From an uncultured Planctomycetales bacterium (GTDB lineage: Bacteria; Omnitrophota; Gorgyraeia; Gygaellales; Profunditerraquicolaceae): a stretch of DNA of 64,000 nt. Of this stretch, positions 18,122 to 29,700 are shown one piece after another. The notes below the pieces were generated by a model. That model was given only the letters and a program-made list of their open reading frames with translations. It did no database searches and was not told the origin of the DNA. Where the stretch lies: the NCBI GenBank assembly GCA_964603585.1, contig CAZRVK010000001.1:69327-133326 (forward strand), written 5' to 3'. Both the position numbers and the translations under genes were made by a program. Within the stretch, counting starts at the first letter, position 1; each line of letters begins with the position of its first letter.

Positions 18122-18727
18122 TCAAACCCTGCCGTAACCACCAAAGGGGATTGTCGGCTCTATCCTGTCTACATCCCGTTTTTTCCTGTCTTTATCATCA
18201 AGCGGAACGATTTTAGCGATATGGATCTTGATCGTGATCTGATCTTCGATCCCCAAAACCTCCTGGATCTTTGCCTTAGTTACTTCCTGCAGGCGGCTGG
18301 TGAGCTCCGGGATATTTGCCTCTGATTTTAAAACCACCCGCAGATCCACCATGATCCCCTTTTTGCTGGCAATGACATCCGGGCGCAGTTCTCTTATCTC
18401 CGGGACTAAAACCACCAGCCTTTTAATAAGGTCCTCTACCGCATTTAACGCCACAGTAACTTCACCGGTAGGGGTATCAAAAGCAATGGTTTTCTCCCTC
18501 TGGAACCTGCCCAAAATAAGCTGTGCAAAGGAAAAACTCACTAAGATCAAAATAAGCCCGGAAAGCCCAACTACGATCCGGGAGTTAAGATGCTGCTGAA
18601 GATAAACCATGAAATTAGCTACATCCTGGGGAAGGATAATATTAAAAGATAAAACAATAAGCCCGGCTCCGATCAAAATAAGTATAAAAGCGTAAAATAA
18701 AATACCAAGAACATTAAAAATGCGCAT
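18122..18727 (-). CDS. amaP: alkaline shock response membrane anchor protein AmaP-like
   Basis: Two N-terminal TM helices then soluble domain; sits directly upstream of the Asp23-family gene. Confidence 0.5.
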   Translation of the reverse strand: MRIFNVLGILFYAFILILIGAGLIVLSFNIILPQDVANFMVYLQQHLNSRIVVGLSGLILILVSFSFAQLILGRFQREKTIAFDTPTGEVTVALNAVEDLIKRLVVLVPEIRELRPDVIASKKGIMVDLRVVLKSEANIPELTSRLQEVTKAKIQEVLGIEDQITIKIHIAKIVPLDDKDRKKRDVDRIEPTIPFGGYGRV

Positions 18728-18750
18728 AACTACCTCCTCTTAGGCTAAAA

Positions 18751-19101
18751 TCATTTCTCAATCCCCTGCACATTTATGGTAATATCCTTAATCGATAAAT
18801 TCGTCATTTTCTCTAACGCATTGCGGACATTCTCCTGGACCTTGGCGGACACATCCGGGACATTAAAATCATACTGAATAATTACCGGGATCTCTAAATG
18901 CACATCCTCATGTTTATCGAAATCGACCCTGATCGATGAGATCGTAGGTTTTCCGATCAACTGCAGGATCCCGCTTTTCAGACTGCCTTCAACACGCTTG
19001 ACACCGTTTATTTCAGACGCGGCTATCGCAGCGATAGAAGCAATGACATTCTTATGGACTTTGATCGCACCTAAATCTGTTTGGGATTCATCAGTATGCA
19101 T
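18751..19101 (-). CDS. Asp23/Gls24-family alkaline shock protein
   Basis: 116 aa, GAIKVHKNVIASIAAIAASEINGV typical of the Asp23 (DUF322) family. Confidence 0.65.
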   Translation of the reverse strand: MHTDESQTDLGAIKVHKNVIASIAAIAASEINGVKRVEGSLKSGILQLIGKPTISSIRVDFDKHEDVHLEIPVIIQYDFNVPDVSAKVQENVRNALEKMTNLSIKDITINVQGIEK

Positions 19102-20459
19102 TATTCCTCCGCTTTTTCTTCCTTTAACATCTCTTCTACGAAATGCGTGGAGATATCGCCCTTTAAGAACATCGCATTATTCAATAAACGCTGATGGAAG
19201 GCGACCGTAGTTTTTATCGGGGCAATAATAAATTCGTTTAAAGCGCGTTTCATGGTTTTGATCGCTTCACTTCGGTTCTTTCCGTGCACGATCAGTTTTG
19301 CTACAAGTGAATCATAGTGCGGTGAAATACGATACCCGGAATAGATATGCGTATCCACACGCACCCCAAGTCCTCCGGGCAAATTCAAGGTTTCGATATT
19401 CCCCGGGCATGGCATAAAATTATTCTCGTAATCTTCAGCATTGATACGGCACTCGATCGCCGCGCCGTTTATATGTATATCATCCTGCTGCAGGCGCAGT
19501 TTCTCTCCGGCAGCCATACGAATCTGCTCTTTGATCAAATCTATACCGGTCACCATTTCCGTAACCGGATGCTCCACCTGGATACGCGTATTCATCTCCA
19601 TAAAATAGAAATTATTGTGCCCGTCAAGCAAGAATTCCATAGTGCCGACATTAGAATAATTCACCGACTTTACCGCCTTTACCGCAAGCTCGCCTAAACG
19701 CTTGCGCAATTTACTGTCCACTGCCGAAGAAGGAGATTCTTCCAGAAGCTTTTGGTGCCGCCGCTGAATACTGCAATCCCTTTCACCTAAATAAAGGCAA
19801 TGCCCGAATTTATCCGCAATAAGCTGGATCTCTATATGCCGAGGCTTCTCTAAATATTTTTCGATATAAACCTTGGAATTCCCGAAATTAGCCTCTGCCT
19901 CCTGCTGTGCAGTCATTAAGCTGGAAACCAGGCGGATATCATTATGGCAAATACGCATCCCCTTGCCGCCTCCGCCGGCGGCAGCTTTTATAATAACCGG
20001 ATACCCGATTTTTTTAGCGACCTTAAGCGCATCCTCTTTATTTAAAACTGCAGACGGGCTTCCGGGAACGATCGGCAGGCCGGCTTTTTGCATCGTAGTC
20101 CGGGCTACCATTTTATCCCCCATCAACCTGATATTCTCCGGAGTAGGGCCGATAAAGGTTATCTGGCAGGATTCGCAAACTTCCGCAAAATGCGCATTCT
20201 CCGCCAAAAAGCCGTATCCCGGATGAATGGCGTCCACATCGGTAATTTCTGCAGCGCTGATTATGGCAGGTATGCTTAAATAACTCGTAGAACTTGTTGC
20301 AGGGCCGATACAAATAGCTTCATCGGCAAAACGGACGTGCAAAGAATCACGGTCAGGCTCGGAATAAACTGCTACAGTCCTTATTCCCAGTTCATGACAG
20401 GCACGGATAATCCTTAGAGCGATCTCGCCCCGATTAGCGATCAGAATTTTAGAGAACAT
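19101..20459 (-). CDS. accC: acetyl-CoA carboxylase biotin carboxylase subunit
   Basis: [26 protein letters not shown]… ATP-grasp; 452 aa. Confidence 0.9.
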   Translation of the reverse strand: MFSKILIANRGEIALRIIRACHELGIRTVAVYSEPDRDSLHVRFADEAICIGPATSSTSYLSIPAIISAAEITDVDAIHPGYGFLAENAHFAEVCESCQITFIGPTPENIRLMGDKMVARTTMQKAGLPIVPGSPSAVLNKEDALKVAKKIGYPVIIKAAAGGGGKGMRICHNDIRLVSSLMTAQQEAEANFGNSKVYIEKYLEKPRHIEIQLIADKFGHCLYLGERDCSIQRRHQKLLEESPSSAVDSKLRKRLGELAVKAVKSVNYSNVGTMEFLLDGHNNFYFMEMNTRIQVEHPVTEMVTGIDLIKEQIRMAAGEKLRLQQDDIHINGAAIECRINAEDYENNFMPCPGNIETLNLPGGLGVRVDTHIYSGYRISPHYDSLVAKLIVHGKNRSEAIKTMKRALNEFIIAPIKTTVAFHQRLLNNAMFLKGDISTHFVEEMLKEEKAEE

Positions 20460-20462
20460 CTT

Positions 20463-20921
20463 TTAGAGGGGTTCTATAAGAAATAATGTCTGCCCGAATT
20501 CAACCGGCTCGGCATTATCCACTATGATTTCCAATATCTTACCTTTGACCTCTGATTTTATCTCATTCATCAGTTTCATGGCTTCGATAATACAAATGAC
20601 CTGCCCAGCCTCGATGGTTTGGCCGACTTCTACATAAGGCGGAGCCTCCGGAGCTGGCGCGCGGTAAAATGTCCCGACCATCGGTGACTTTATCTCTAAC
20701 CCCGAAGAAACATCCTTCGGCGCGGCAGGCGCCGGGGCCTCTTTTACTTTCGGTTCTTCATGTATCTTGTGCCGCTCGATGACTACCGGCATCCCAGAAT
20801 GATCAGACAACGACACATTCTTTTTGAGGCGGATGCGCGTCCCGTCCTTTTCGACTTCCAGCTCTACCAGCCCATTATCGTTCATGAGCGCCAGCATTTC
20901 CTTTATTTCCTTAATATTCAC
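20463..20921 (-). CDS. accB: acetyl-CoA carboxylase biotin carboxyl carrier protein
   Basis: C-terminal biotinyl domain with EAMKLMNEI. Confidence 0.85.
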   Translation of the reverse strand: MNIKEIKEMLALMNDNGLVELEVEKDGTRIRLKKNVSLSDHSGMPVVIERHKIHEEPKVKEAPAPAAPKDVSSGLEIKSPMVGTFYRAPAPEAPPYVEVGQTIEAGQVICIIEAMKLMNEIKSEVKGKILEIIVDNAEPVEFGQTLFLIEPL

Positions 20922-20952
20922 TTAAGCACCCTCTCCTTTTTAATAACCGGCC

Positions 20953-21516
20953 TTAAACGACCCGTTCCACATACTGGCCAGTCCGCGTATCAACTTTGAT
21001 CCTGTCACCCTCATTAATAAAAAGAGGCACCTGAACTGCTGCACCCGTTTCAATCTCCGCTGGTTTCGTGCCGCTTTTGGCGGTATCGCCTTTTATTCCC
21101 GGCTCGGTATGCTTTATCTCAAACTCGACAAAATTTGGAAGATTAATATTTAAAAAATCATTTTTAAAGAAATACGCCTGCACTTCCAGGTTGTCTTTCA
21201 GGAATTTAGCTTTATCCCCCACATTCTCCGTGGAAATCGCCACCTCTTCATAATTTTCCTGGTCCATGAAATGGAACATATCTCCGGTGCTATACTGGTA
21301 TTGCAGTTTCCTTTCTTCAACAAAAGCCTCATCGATCTTTTCATCCCCGCGAAAGGTCTTTTCCTGGATGCTGGAATTCTTAAGGTTCCTAAGCTTTGCC
21401 CGCACGAAAGCCGCGCCTTTTCCTGGTTTAACATGTTGAGTTTCGACTACAAGCCAGACTATATTATCCACCAGTATAGTTAATCCTGCTTTAACTTCAT
21501 TTATTGAGAGAGCCAC
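20953..21516 (-). CDS. efp: elongation factor P
   Basis: 187 aa; N-terminal KAGLTILVDNIVWLVVE…KPGKGAAFVRAKLRNL. Confidence 0.85.
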   Translation of the reverse strand: MALSINEVKAGLTILVDNIVWLVVETQHVKPGKGAAFVRAKLRNLKNSSIQEKTFRGDEKIDEAFVEERKLQYQYSTGDMFHFMDQENYEEVAISTENVGDKAKFLKDNLEVQAYFFKNDFLNINLPNFVEFEIKHTEPGIKGDTAKSGTKPAEIETGAAVQVPLFINEGDRIKVDTRTGQYVERVV

Positions 21517-22549
21517 TTAGAACATCCACTCCTTTCTGCGTTACCAGACACATATCTTCAATCCTTACACCAAACCTGCCCGGCAGGTAAATTGCCGGCT
21601 CAACCGTAAAAACCATCCCTGGCCTAAATTTAGCTTCGGTATTAGCGGATATGCGGGGCGCTTCATGGACCTGCAGGCCTACCCCATGTCCCAGGGCATG
21701 CCCGAAAAACCTGCCGTAACCTTTCCTGCTTATATGCTCCCTGGCGGTTGTATCTACCTGCGAAATAGGAGCATTTACCGCGATTTTTCGTATTGCCTTC
21801 TGCTGCGCCTCTAAAACAATATTATATATTCTCTTAACCAAGATGTTTATTTTACCTAAAAAGAAAACCCTTGTCAAGTCGGATTTATACCCTGCATAAT
21901 CCACCCCCATATCAACCAGCACCGGCTCGTTATTCTTGAGCTTACGCTCTGAAGTCATGTGGTGCGGCAGGCTGGAATTAGGCCCGGAGGCAACAATAAT
22001 ATCAAAACTTGATGCCTGCGCTCCATTATAACGGATAAACCGCTCTAACTCTGCGGCAATTTCGATCTCTTTCTTGCCGGCAGTAATAAAATCCTTAATG
22101 AAACGAAATGCCTCTATAGCAATTGCAACCGCCTTACTTATCTTTTCCAGTTCCCGGCTGGTTTTTATCTGCCGCAGGTCTTCAACCATTCCCGAGACTG
22201 GAATAAGGCTCATGCCGCTTCCTAAAGCCTCCCGGATCTTCTGATATGAGGAATAAGTAAAATGCTGGGCTTCAAAACCTATACGTTTCAACCGTAACCG
22301 CTGGCAGGCCTTAAGAATAGCCGCGGGGGCCGATTGTTCGATCCTGGCGACCGAACAATCCCGGAGCTTGCTTTTTGCTTCTTCAAAATAGCGGGAATCG
22401 GTAATATAGATCCTGGAATCAGGGGAAAAAACGAGATAAGAATCCCGGCTGGGGAACCCGACCAGATAGGAAATATTCTCTGGTGATGAAAGCAAAAAGC
22501 CATCCAGCCCCTGCTTTGCCAAGGCTTGATCAATCTTTGAATGATTCAT
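21497..22549 (-). CDS. pepP: Xaa-Pro aminopeptidase (M24)
   Basis: M24 motifs DMGVDYAGYKSDLTR, HGLGHGVGLQVHE. Confidence 0.8.
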   Translation of the reverse strand: MNHSKIDQALAKQGLDGFLLSSPENISYLVGFPSRDSYLVFSPDSRIYITDSRYFEEAKSKLRDCSVARIEQSAPAAILKACQRLRLKRIGFEAQHFTYSSYQKIREALGSGMSLIPVSGMVEDLRQIKTSRELEKISKAVAIAIEAFRFIKDFITAGKKEIEIAAELERFIRYNGAQASSFDIIVASGPNSSLPHHMTSERKLKNNEPVLVDMGVDYAGYKSDLTRVFFLGKINILVKRIYNIVLEAQQKAIRKIAVNAPISQVDTTAREHISRKGYGRFFGHALGHGVGLQVHEAPRISANTEAKFRPGMVFTVEPAIYLPGRFGVRIEDMCLVTQKGVDVLSGSLNK

Positions 22550-22986
22550 TCTCGGTCTAAAAGGTCAATTAATGCCTCAAGCCCTAAATAATAGCTGGCA
22601 GGGCCGAAACCTAAGATTGTGCCGATACATACCGCAGTAATGAGCGATTTATGGCGGAAATCCTCCCGGGCATAAATATTCGATAAATGCACCTCGACAG
22701 CCGGGATACCTACTGCCGCGATCGCATCACGGATTGCGATACTTGTATGGGTATAAGCGGCGGGGTTGATCAGTAATCCGTCATAACCAGACTTGCTTTT
22801 ACCGATTTGGTCAACGATCATGCCTTCGTGGTTAGACTGAAAAAAAGTCAACTTGACCTTTTTGGCCCGGGCAATTTTATTCAAGGCATTATTGATCTGT
22901 TTAAGCGTAACCTTACCATACACCTTAGGCTCACGCCGGCCTAACAAATTAAGGTTGGGGCCATGGATCACCAGGATCTTTTTCAT
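22546..22986 (-). CDS. aroQ: 3-dehydroquinate dehydratase type II
   Basis: MKKILVIHGPNLNLLGRREP…HLSNIYARE. Confidence 0.85.
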   Translation of the reverse strand: MKKILVIHGPNLNLLGRREPKVYGKVTLKQINNALNKIARAKKVKLTFFQSNHEGMIVDQIGKSKSGYDGLLINPAAYTHTSIAIRDAIAAVGIPAVEVHLSNIYAREDFRHKSLITAVCIGTILGFGPASYYLGLEALIDLLDRE

Positions 22987-22989
22987 ATT

Positions 22990-23145
22990 TTATCCTTCTG
23001 CCTCATCGATAAGCATAACCGGAATCCCGTCTTTAACCGGATACCGCTTACCGCATTTTTTACAAACGATCTTTTCGTTTTTTTCTTCCACATCGCCTTT
23101 ACAAGCAGGGCAAGCTAAGATCTCTAAAAGGTCTTTATCTATCAT
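22990..23145 (-). CDS. Trm112-like small Zn-ribbon protein (UPF0434)
   Basis: 51-aa ORF not in track: MIDKDLLEILACPACKGDVEEKNEKIVCKKCGKRYPVKDGIPVMLIDEAEG. Confidence 0.6.
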   Translation of the reverse strand: MIDKDLLEILACPACKGDVEEKNEKIVCKKCGKRYPVKDGIPVMLIDEAEG

Positions 23146-23495
23146 TTAACCTCTCCTTTGCTCTTAGAGATATAATGCATTCTCAATTCATAAAGGACAT
23201 TCTCTAAAAGAGTCTCTTCTTCCTTAGTAAGGTTACCCGAAGTTTTTGTTTTCAGCATAGCAAGGGTATCAATGATAAACTTCGCCTGGGTAAGGTCTTC
23301 TTCTTTTTTGTTTGTTGCCGGGTTCTCTACTGCCCCCATGGAGATCGAGGCCTGCAGTGCCAGAGTGGTCAGAAAAAACTTGAAATCAGGTTCCGGCGGC
23401 TGGAATTTCCCCTCTTTTTTCAAGGCTTCCTTTTCTTTCTCTGCGGTTTCTTTCCAACTTTCATCGATATCTTTTCTAATCTCGTCCATATTCAT
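23142..23495 (-). CDS. acidic hypothetical protein (DUF1844-like)
   Basis: 117 aa, Glu/Lys-rich, FFLTTLALQASISMG core. Confidence 0.45.
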   Translation of the reverse strand: MNMDEIRKDIDESWKETAEKEKEALKKEGKFQPPEPDFKFFLTTLALQASISMGAVENPATNKKEEDLTQAKFIIDTLAMLKTKTSGNLTKEEETLLENVLYELRMHYISKSKGEVK

Positions 23496-23501
23496 CGCCT
23501 T

Positions 23502-24323
23502 TCACTTGACCAGTATCCCGGCATAACCTACTACGCTGTCATTGTCACCGGTTATATCTCCGGAAGTCTGGTATTTTACCAACTCCGCACTTTTTGCCCC
23601 CAAACTTTTGACGGCGCTAAGCATTGCCACTACCGGGGCATATCCGCACATAGTTATCTTTAATTCTCTGACAGTCTTAAAAAGCCTCTGTTCATCTAAA
23701 TCTAAAATTGCCTGGATAGCGGCATTATCCTTTTTCCCCGCACTCGCCTTTGGCTCGTAATGAGTCATATCGGAACTTGCCAGGATCAACGTTGACTTCT
23801 CCAGATGCAGATCCTTAAGCACCGAGGCAATTTCTTTGCCAACTGCGGCCAAAGCCTGATAATCGTCGGACATAAAACATACCGGAACGATCTGAAAATC
23901 TTTACGAAAATACTGCAGAATCGGCAACTCCACTTCCAGGGAATGCTCGAACTTATGCGCTAAATGATCATTCTGGAGATACTTTGACCCGGCAAGCAAA
24001 GCCCCGGCTAAATCCTGGTCTATTCTTACCGGAGCCATCGGCGTCTGCCAAACGCCTGAAGCCATGATACTGAAACCCGCCCCATATCCGGTATGGTTGG
24101 GCCCTAACAAAACCACTCTTTCCGGGATATTTATCCGGGATGCCACCGCAACAGCTACCGCACCGCTATAAACATATCCGGCATGCGGCATAAGGCAGGC
24201 GGAATAATCGGATCGTTTTACCGATTTATCAAGAAACCCCTCTATCTGTTCAGTGATCTCGGAAGCAGTAGCAGGATAAAACTGCCCGGCAACCGCCGGA
24301 TTCCTCAAATTAACATTTCCCAT
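23502..24323 (-). CDS. Memo-like protein (AmmeMemoRadiSam system protein B family)
   Basis: VAGQFYP N-terminal motif; …MPHAGYVYSG…; 273 aa. Confidence 0.7.
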   Translation of the reverse strand: MGNVNLRNPAVAGQFYPATASEITEQIEGFLDKSVKRSDYSACLMPHAGYVYSGAVAVAVASRINIPERVVLLGPNHTGYGAGFSIMASGVWQTPMAPVRIDQDLAGALLAGSKYLQNDHLAHKFEHSLEVELPILQYFRKDFQIVPVCFMSDDYQALAAVGKEIASVLKDLHLEKSTLILASSDMTHYEPKASAGKKDNAAIQAILDLDEQRLFKTVRELKITMCGYAPVVAMLSAVKSLGAKSAELVKYQTSGDITGDNDSVVGYAGILVK

Positions 24324-25233
24324 GGCATATCTCTTCTAAAAAAGCCTTGCTTTTCTTTAGATCCTCGCCATTCGCCGGATGATGCGCCTCGATAACTTTT
24401 ATAGTATCTTTTCTTAAGTAAGGAGTAACACGCTTAAAATCAAAATCGCCTAAAGACGGCGCCATATGGTCATTGCATCCGGATATATCATGTAAATGCA
24501 TACCCAGCATATTTTTCGCATATCGATCCAGAAAATCATTATGCCGGGCGAGTTCCAGATTCTCCATTACCTGGGCATGGCCGGTATCATGCCAATAAAA
24601 AATATTCGAACCTTGGAATTTGCTCAAAATAATGCTGATCTCGGCAAATGATGGAATTTCCCGGTAATAAAACCTATTCTCAATACCCAAGGATATACCC
24701 AGAGACGCCGCATATTGATTAAGCTGATCCAAACTCCAGAGTGTATTGTTCAAGAAACCAGGACTTGACTTTTCCCTCTGCAGGACCATTTCATCCTTAA
24801 GCTCATCAAATTCCCGGGTATTCTTTAACCCCTGGTTATAAAGCTGGATCAGCTGCCGGGTATGGTCCGGGATCTCAACCCTGCCACAGTGCAAAACCAC
24901 GGCTTTTGCGCCAACTCTGGCTGCAGAATCAATGCTTTTTTTTGCCTGACTGACTGCCAGCTTTTGTTCCTGGTCATCAAAAGAGGATAGAGAAAAATAG
25001 TCCGGCAAGGCAATTTCCCGCTTAAGGTTATCGGGGACAGGGCAGAAATTATGTACGCTGGATACTTTAACCCGGCCGGAACCAGCCAGCCCTTCTACCG
25101 TATCTACCATCAGGCTGGTCAGATTAAAACTCAACTCGATTTCTCCAAAACCCAGAGCAGTTATTTCAAAGACCATGGCTTTGGCATCATCATGCCGAAA
25201 AGCGTTCCATGAAGTGGACAGCGAAAAACTCAT
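24310..25233 (-). CDS. sugar phosphate isomerase/epimerase (xylose isomerase-like TIM barrel)
   Basis: 307 aa; TIM-barrel pattern with conserved E/H/D residues (IELSFN…VVLHCG…WHDTGHAQ). Confidence 0.55.
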   Translation of the reverse strand: MSFSLSTSWNAFRHDDAKAMVFEITALGFGEIELSFNLTSLMVDTVEGLAGSGRVKVSSVHNFCPVPDNLKREIALPDYFSLSSFDDQEQKLAVSQAKKSIDSAARVGAKAVVLHCGRVEIPDHTRQLIQLYNQGLKNTREFDELKDEMVLQREKSSPGFLNNTLWSLDQLNQYAASLGISLGIENRFYYREIPSFAEISIILSKFQGSNIFYWHDTGHAQVMENLELARHNDFLDRYAKNMLGMHLHDISGCNDHMAPSLGDFDFKRVTPYLRKDTIKVIEAHHPANGEDLKKSKAFLEEICHGKC

Positions 25234-25236
25234 TGC

Positions 25237-25401
25237 TTATTTTCTGCCTCTGCGGGCCTTTTTTCTTTTACGCTCGCTTGGTTTTTCATAATGCTTGCGG
25301 TCGCGTACTTCACGCAGGATGCCTTCCTGCTCGATCTGCCTTTTAAAACGGCGCAATGCCGCTTCAAATGATTCATCTTTTCTGATCTCAATCTGTGTCA
25401 A
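25237..25401 (-). CDS. rpsU: 30S ribosomal protein S21
   Basis: 54-aa ORF not in track (TTG start): (M)[53 protein letters not shown]. Confidence 0.75.
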   Translation of the reverse strand: MTQIEIRKDESFEAALRRFKRQIEQEGILREVRDRKHYEKPSERKRKKARRGRK

Positions 25402-25598
25402 TCTTATCAACTCCCTTCTCTATGATTTTGTGGTGCAATCCGCTTATTTATAAAGAATAAATATAACATCATTCCTTTGGCCTGTCAATTATAAAAACCG
25501 CCCTATTCTGAAGGGGCCGCAGACATCTTTAACTTTATATATCACAACGCCAATTAATGATTGACTATCACGGCTAAATATGCTATTTTTTAAACATT

Positions 25599-26771
25599 AT
25601 GGAAGAAATTACCCGGGTTAAATTAGAACTGGAACGCACCAAAAACGAGCTGGCGATACTCTATGAGGTCTCCAATGCCATGCGTACCACCTTAAAGCTG
25701 GATGAGATCCTCTACATTATCTTAACCGGAGTAACCGCCCATACCGGGCTTGGGTTTAACCGGGCGGTACTGTTTTTGGTTAATGAAACAGACGGCCTGA
25801 TCGAAGGCACCATGGGGATCGGCCCGGAAACTGGTGAGGACGCCAACCGGGTATGGAAACGCATCGAACAGGAACAAATGGACTTAGAAGACCTGATCAG
25901 CGCCTATAAATTCTCTAAAACCGCGGTTGATTCCAGTTTTAACCAGCAGATCCGCCGGCTAAAAATCCCGATCCACGAGCCAAGTGGCGGGATCCTGGCA
26001 ATAAGCGTATTAGACGGGATGCCAATACACTTAACCAGCGAAACCATACATAATTACTCTAATGACCCTATTGTGGCAATGCTAAAGGCCACGGAACTGG
26101 TTTTGGTCCCGCTTAAAGCAAAGGACAAGGTAAACGGCATAGTACTGACCGATAACTTCATTACCAAAAAACCGATCACTAAAGATGATATCCGGATGCT
26201 GATCATGTTGTGCAACCAGGCAGGTCTGGCAATAGAAAACTCCCAGCTTTACGAAAAAACCGAAATGCGCGCGCATTCGGATTATCTGACCGACCTATGG
26301 AACCACGGGTATTTTCAATACCTCCTGCAAACTGAATTTGAAAAAGCCAAAGCCACCCAATCACCCCTTAGCCTGATCATGCTGGATATCGATGATTTTA
26401 AGATCTATAATGACCGTCTTGGTCATCAGGCAGGAGACCAGATCTTAAAGGAGATCAGCAATCTGCTTAAGAACCAATCCCGGAAAATGGATTTTGTCTG
26501 CCGCTATGGCGGGGAAGAATTTACCATCATCATGCCAAAAACCAATAAGGATGAAGCATTTGCCATTGCAGAAAAATTAAGGCAGGACCTCTACAAGCAC
26601 AACTTCGCGCATGAAGAAATCCTGCCCAATAAGAAACTTACCGTAAGCTTAGGGCTTTCCACCTTTCCTTCCGACGGATCAACCCCTTCTGACCTGATCC
26701 TTTATTCCGATAAAATGCTGTATCAGGCCAAGCGTAAAGGCAAAAACACCACCTGTTACTGTAATCCTTAA
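25599..26771 (+). CDS. GGDEF diguanylate cyclase with N-terminal GAF-like sensor domain
   Basis: RYGGEEF active-site motif; only plus-strand gene in a long minus-strand run. Confidence 0.8.
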   Translation: MEEITRVKLELERTKNELAILYEVSNAMRTTLKLDEILYIILTGVTAHTGLGFNRAVLFLVNETDGLIEGTMGIGPETGEDANRVWKRIEQEQMDLEDLISAYKFSKTAVDSSFNQQIRRLKIPIHEPSGGILAISVLDGMPIHLTSETIHNYSNDPIVAMLKATELVLVPLKAKDKVNGIVLTDNFITKKPITKDDIRMLIMLCNQAGLAIENSQLYEKTEMRAHSDYLTDLWNHGYFQYLLQTEFEKAKATQSPLSLIMLDIDDFKIYNDRLGHQAGDQILKEISNLLKNQSRKMDFVCRYGGEEFTIIMPKTNKDEAFAIAEKLRQDLYKHNFAHEEILPNKKLTVSLGLSTFPSDGSTPSDLILYSDKMLYQAKRKGKNTTCYCNP

Positions 26772-29700
26772 ACCGAATCTTCTACAATCTCTGTATCCAG
26801 GTCTTTAGCCTCGGCACGGCCTAAACTGTCATTAACCTCTGGCTTCTTATCCTGGGAGAATTTTACCGAGACTATTTTTGAAACACCGGACTGCTCCATG
26901 GTAATACCGTACATCACACTGGCGTTAGCGATGGTCTTTTTATTGTGCGTGATCACGATAAACTGCGAACCTTTGGCAAATTCCTGCAGTATCTTGCCAA
27001 ACCGGTCAACATTGGCCTCATCAAGAGCGGCATCGATCTCATCTAAAATACAGAAAGGCGCAGGTTTAACCTTGAATATGGCAAATATCAAAGCTACCGC
27101 CGCCATGGACTTTTCGCCGCCCGAAAGTAAAAGCACGTTTTGCAACTTCTTGCCCGGAGGCCGGCAGATCACTTCAATACCAGACTCCAGGGGATCGCTT
27201 TCATCGGTCAGGAACACCTGGGCATCCCCGCCATTGAACAAGAGGCGGAAATAATTCTTAAATTCCACCTTTACCTTTTCAAAAGTCTCCAAAAACATCT
27301 GTTTGGTGGTACGGTTGATCTTTAAGATCGCCTGATGCAAAGATTCCTTGGCAGACACCAGATCCGTCTGCTGTTGAGTAAGAAAATCATACCTCTGTTT
27401 TAATTCATCATACTCCTCTATCGCGATCAGGTTTACATTGCCATAGGAGTCCAGTTTATCCTTTAGCCTTTGAATATCCTGGGTCAAGGCATTCACATCT
27501 ACCTGAACCACCTCCGCAACAGCGCCATTGGGATCCTGGGCGGGAACCAGCGTAGAATCAAGATCGGTCTTGTATGCCTGAAGCAGGCGTTCTTTTATAT
27601 TCAAATATTTAAAATCCACATCCTTAATGCTCATCTGCAGTTCATACATTTGAGTTTTCATCTCATCCATGGCCTTACGGTCAGCCTCGGTCTTTTCCAC
27701 GATACCGCTTGACTCATCGGCCAGCATTTTATATTGAGACTGCGCCTGACCCAATATCCCGGACTTTTCCTGTATAGTTTGCTTTGCCTGGTTAACCCTC
27801 GTATCCAGGTCACTGATCTCTGCGGCAAGAGACTGTCCGCGCAAAAGGCTATCCTTTATCTGGGCATCAAGGGCAACCAGATTCGCCTGATCCTGTGCAT
27901 ACGCCTCATCCATCATCTTTAAATTTGCCGCATCGGTATTGATCCGGCGATTAAGATCATCAAGCTCCGTCTTTATCTGTGTGATCGCAATTAAGGAATC
28001 TTCTTTTAATTTATTACTGATCGAGATACTGTTTTCTTCGTTTATAACAGCATCCCGGGCACTTCCGTCTGCTTTTTCTAACTCCGCCAGCTCAAGCTGA
28101 TAACGGCTGACATCACCGTCAAACCCGGCCAGTTCATTATCCACATCAGTGAGTTCAAGCGTAATCAACTCTTCTTCGGCCCTTATCTTCTCGAACTGCT
28201 CAAGGATCGTATGCTGATACGCCTTTTTATTGGCTAAGGCCAGCTCTTGAGCGCGCAAAAGCTCCTGCGAGGTCAAAAGGTCCTTATCCAGGGTATCCTT
28301 ATGGCTCTCCTTGACCCGTTTAACTACTTTTAAGGAATCGATCTTCATCTGGATCTGATCAATCCTTTCACTGATCTTTTGTGTATCCAGATCGATCGGT
28401 TTGGCTTCGCCGGCAAGTTTAAACCCTCCGGATTGAGAGTGGTCAGGGTCCTCGGTATTACCGGCTTCAGGATAGGCATTTACTTTAATCACCAAACCAC
28501 TCATCTTTTCTTGAGGCAGTTTATCCAGATAAATCACCGCATTCATCGACTCCCCAATACCGTCATACTCCGTCTTAAGCTTGCCTAAAAATTCTTTTTG
28601 CGATAAAAGGCTTAAATTCTGGCGTTCCAGGTCTTCAATATCAGAATCGATATTCTTGATCGATAAATTCTCGGTTTCCAGTTCTTTTTTGATCTCGGAA
28701 AGCTTAAGGCTTAGCTGGGCAAAATCCCGTTCAAGATCCGCCACTTCCTGGTTTATGTTATTTAAGTTGCCCTCAACGGTATTCTTTTCTTCGTTGACCT
28801 TGGCCCGCTCAATATCCAGTCTTTTTTTGCGCGCCAGCATTACCTGCTGTTTGGAAAGCAGGGTATTTATAGTATTATGCGCATTAGATATCTTTGCCGC
28901 CAGATCCAGGATATTCTTTTTGGCATCAGCGATATTCTCAAGCGACAGGCGTATCGCCGCTGTAATTTTCGCAAGTTCAGCCTCATGCTCCTTTAAAACC
29001 GCGGTTTTGTCCGCGATATTCTTATCAAGAGCGTTATACTCCTGTCGTAATTTATCCAGTTTTTCCTGGCTCTGCAGGAGGCGTGAATTTATCTGCTCGA
29101 CCTGGGTCGCCAGATACGCCTTGCTTGACTCCAGCTCAATGATCCTCTCTTTATTAAATGCGATATGCTGGCTGTCGCGGCTCAACATATTCTCCAGATT
29201 GGAGATCTCAAGCTTTATCTTGCTGATATTATCCTCGGCGGATTTTAATTCATCATGATGGGATAAAACCCTGGATTCCTGTTCCTTTATTGCCGCGGAT
29301 AACTCTGTTTCTTTAACCTCCAGTTCCTTTAAGGTGTTAAAGAGCTCGTCCTTTTGCTTTTGCAAAGCGTCTTTCTGGATTAATGCCAGCTTTATCTCTT
29401 TGGCCTTCAACTCTTCAAAAACCTCTTTATACCTGCGAGCCTTGTTTGCCTGACGTTCAAGAGAACCGATCTGGCGTTTAACTTCCAGAATAATATCATT
29501 GACGCGCAAAAGATTCTGCTCGGTTTCCTCCAGCTTGCGCAACGCCTCTCTTTTTTGCGCCTTGTATTTGGTGATCCCGGAGGCTTCATCAAAAACCAGG
29601 CGCCGGTCTTCCGGGCGGGAACTCAAAACTAGATCAATCTTTCCCTGCTGGACAAGGGAATAACTTTCCGCGCCAATACCTGTGCCCATCAAGAGATCCA

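Noticed and set aside
28581-29258. 225-aa plus-strand ORF inside smc
   Set aside because: Ser/Leu/Phe-rich low-complexity translation typical of the antisense strand of a Glu/Lys/Leu coiled-coil gene; no start context or RBS; fully embedded in a confidently called gene.
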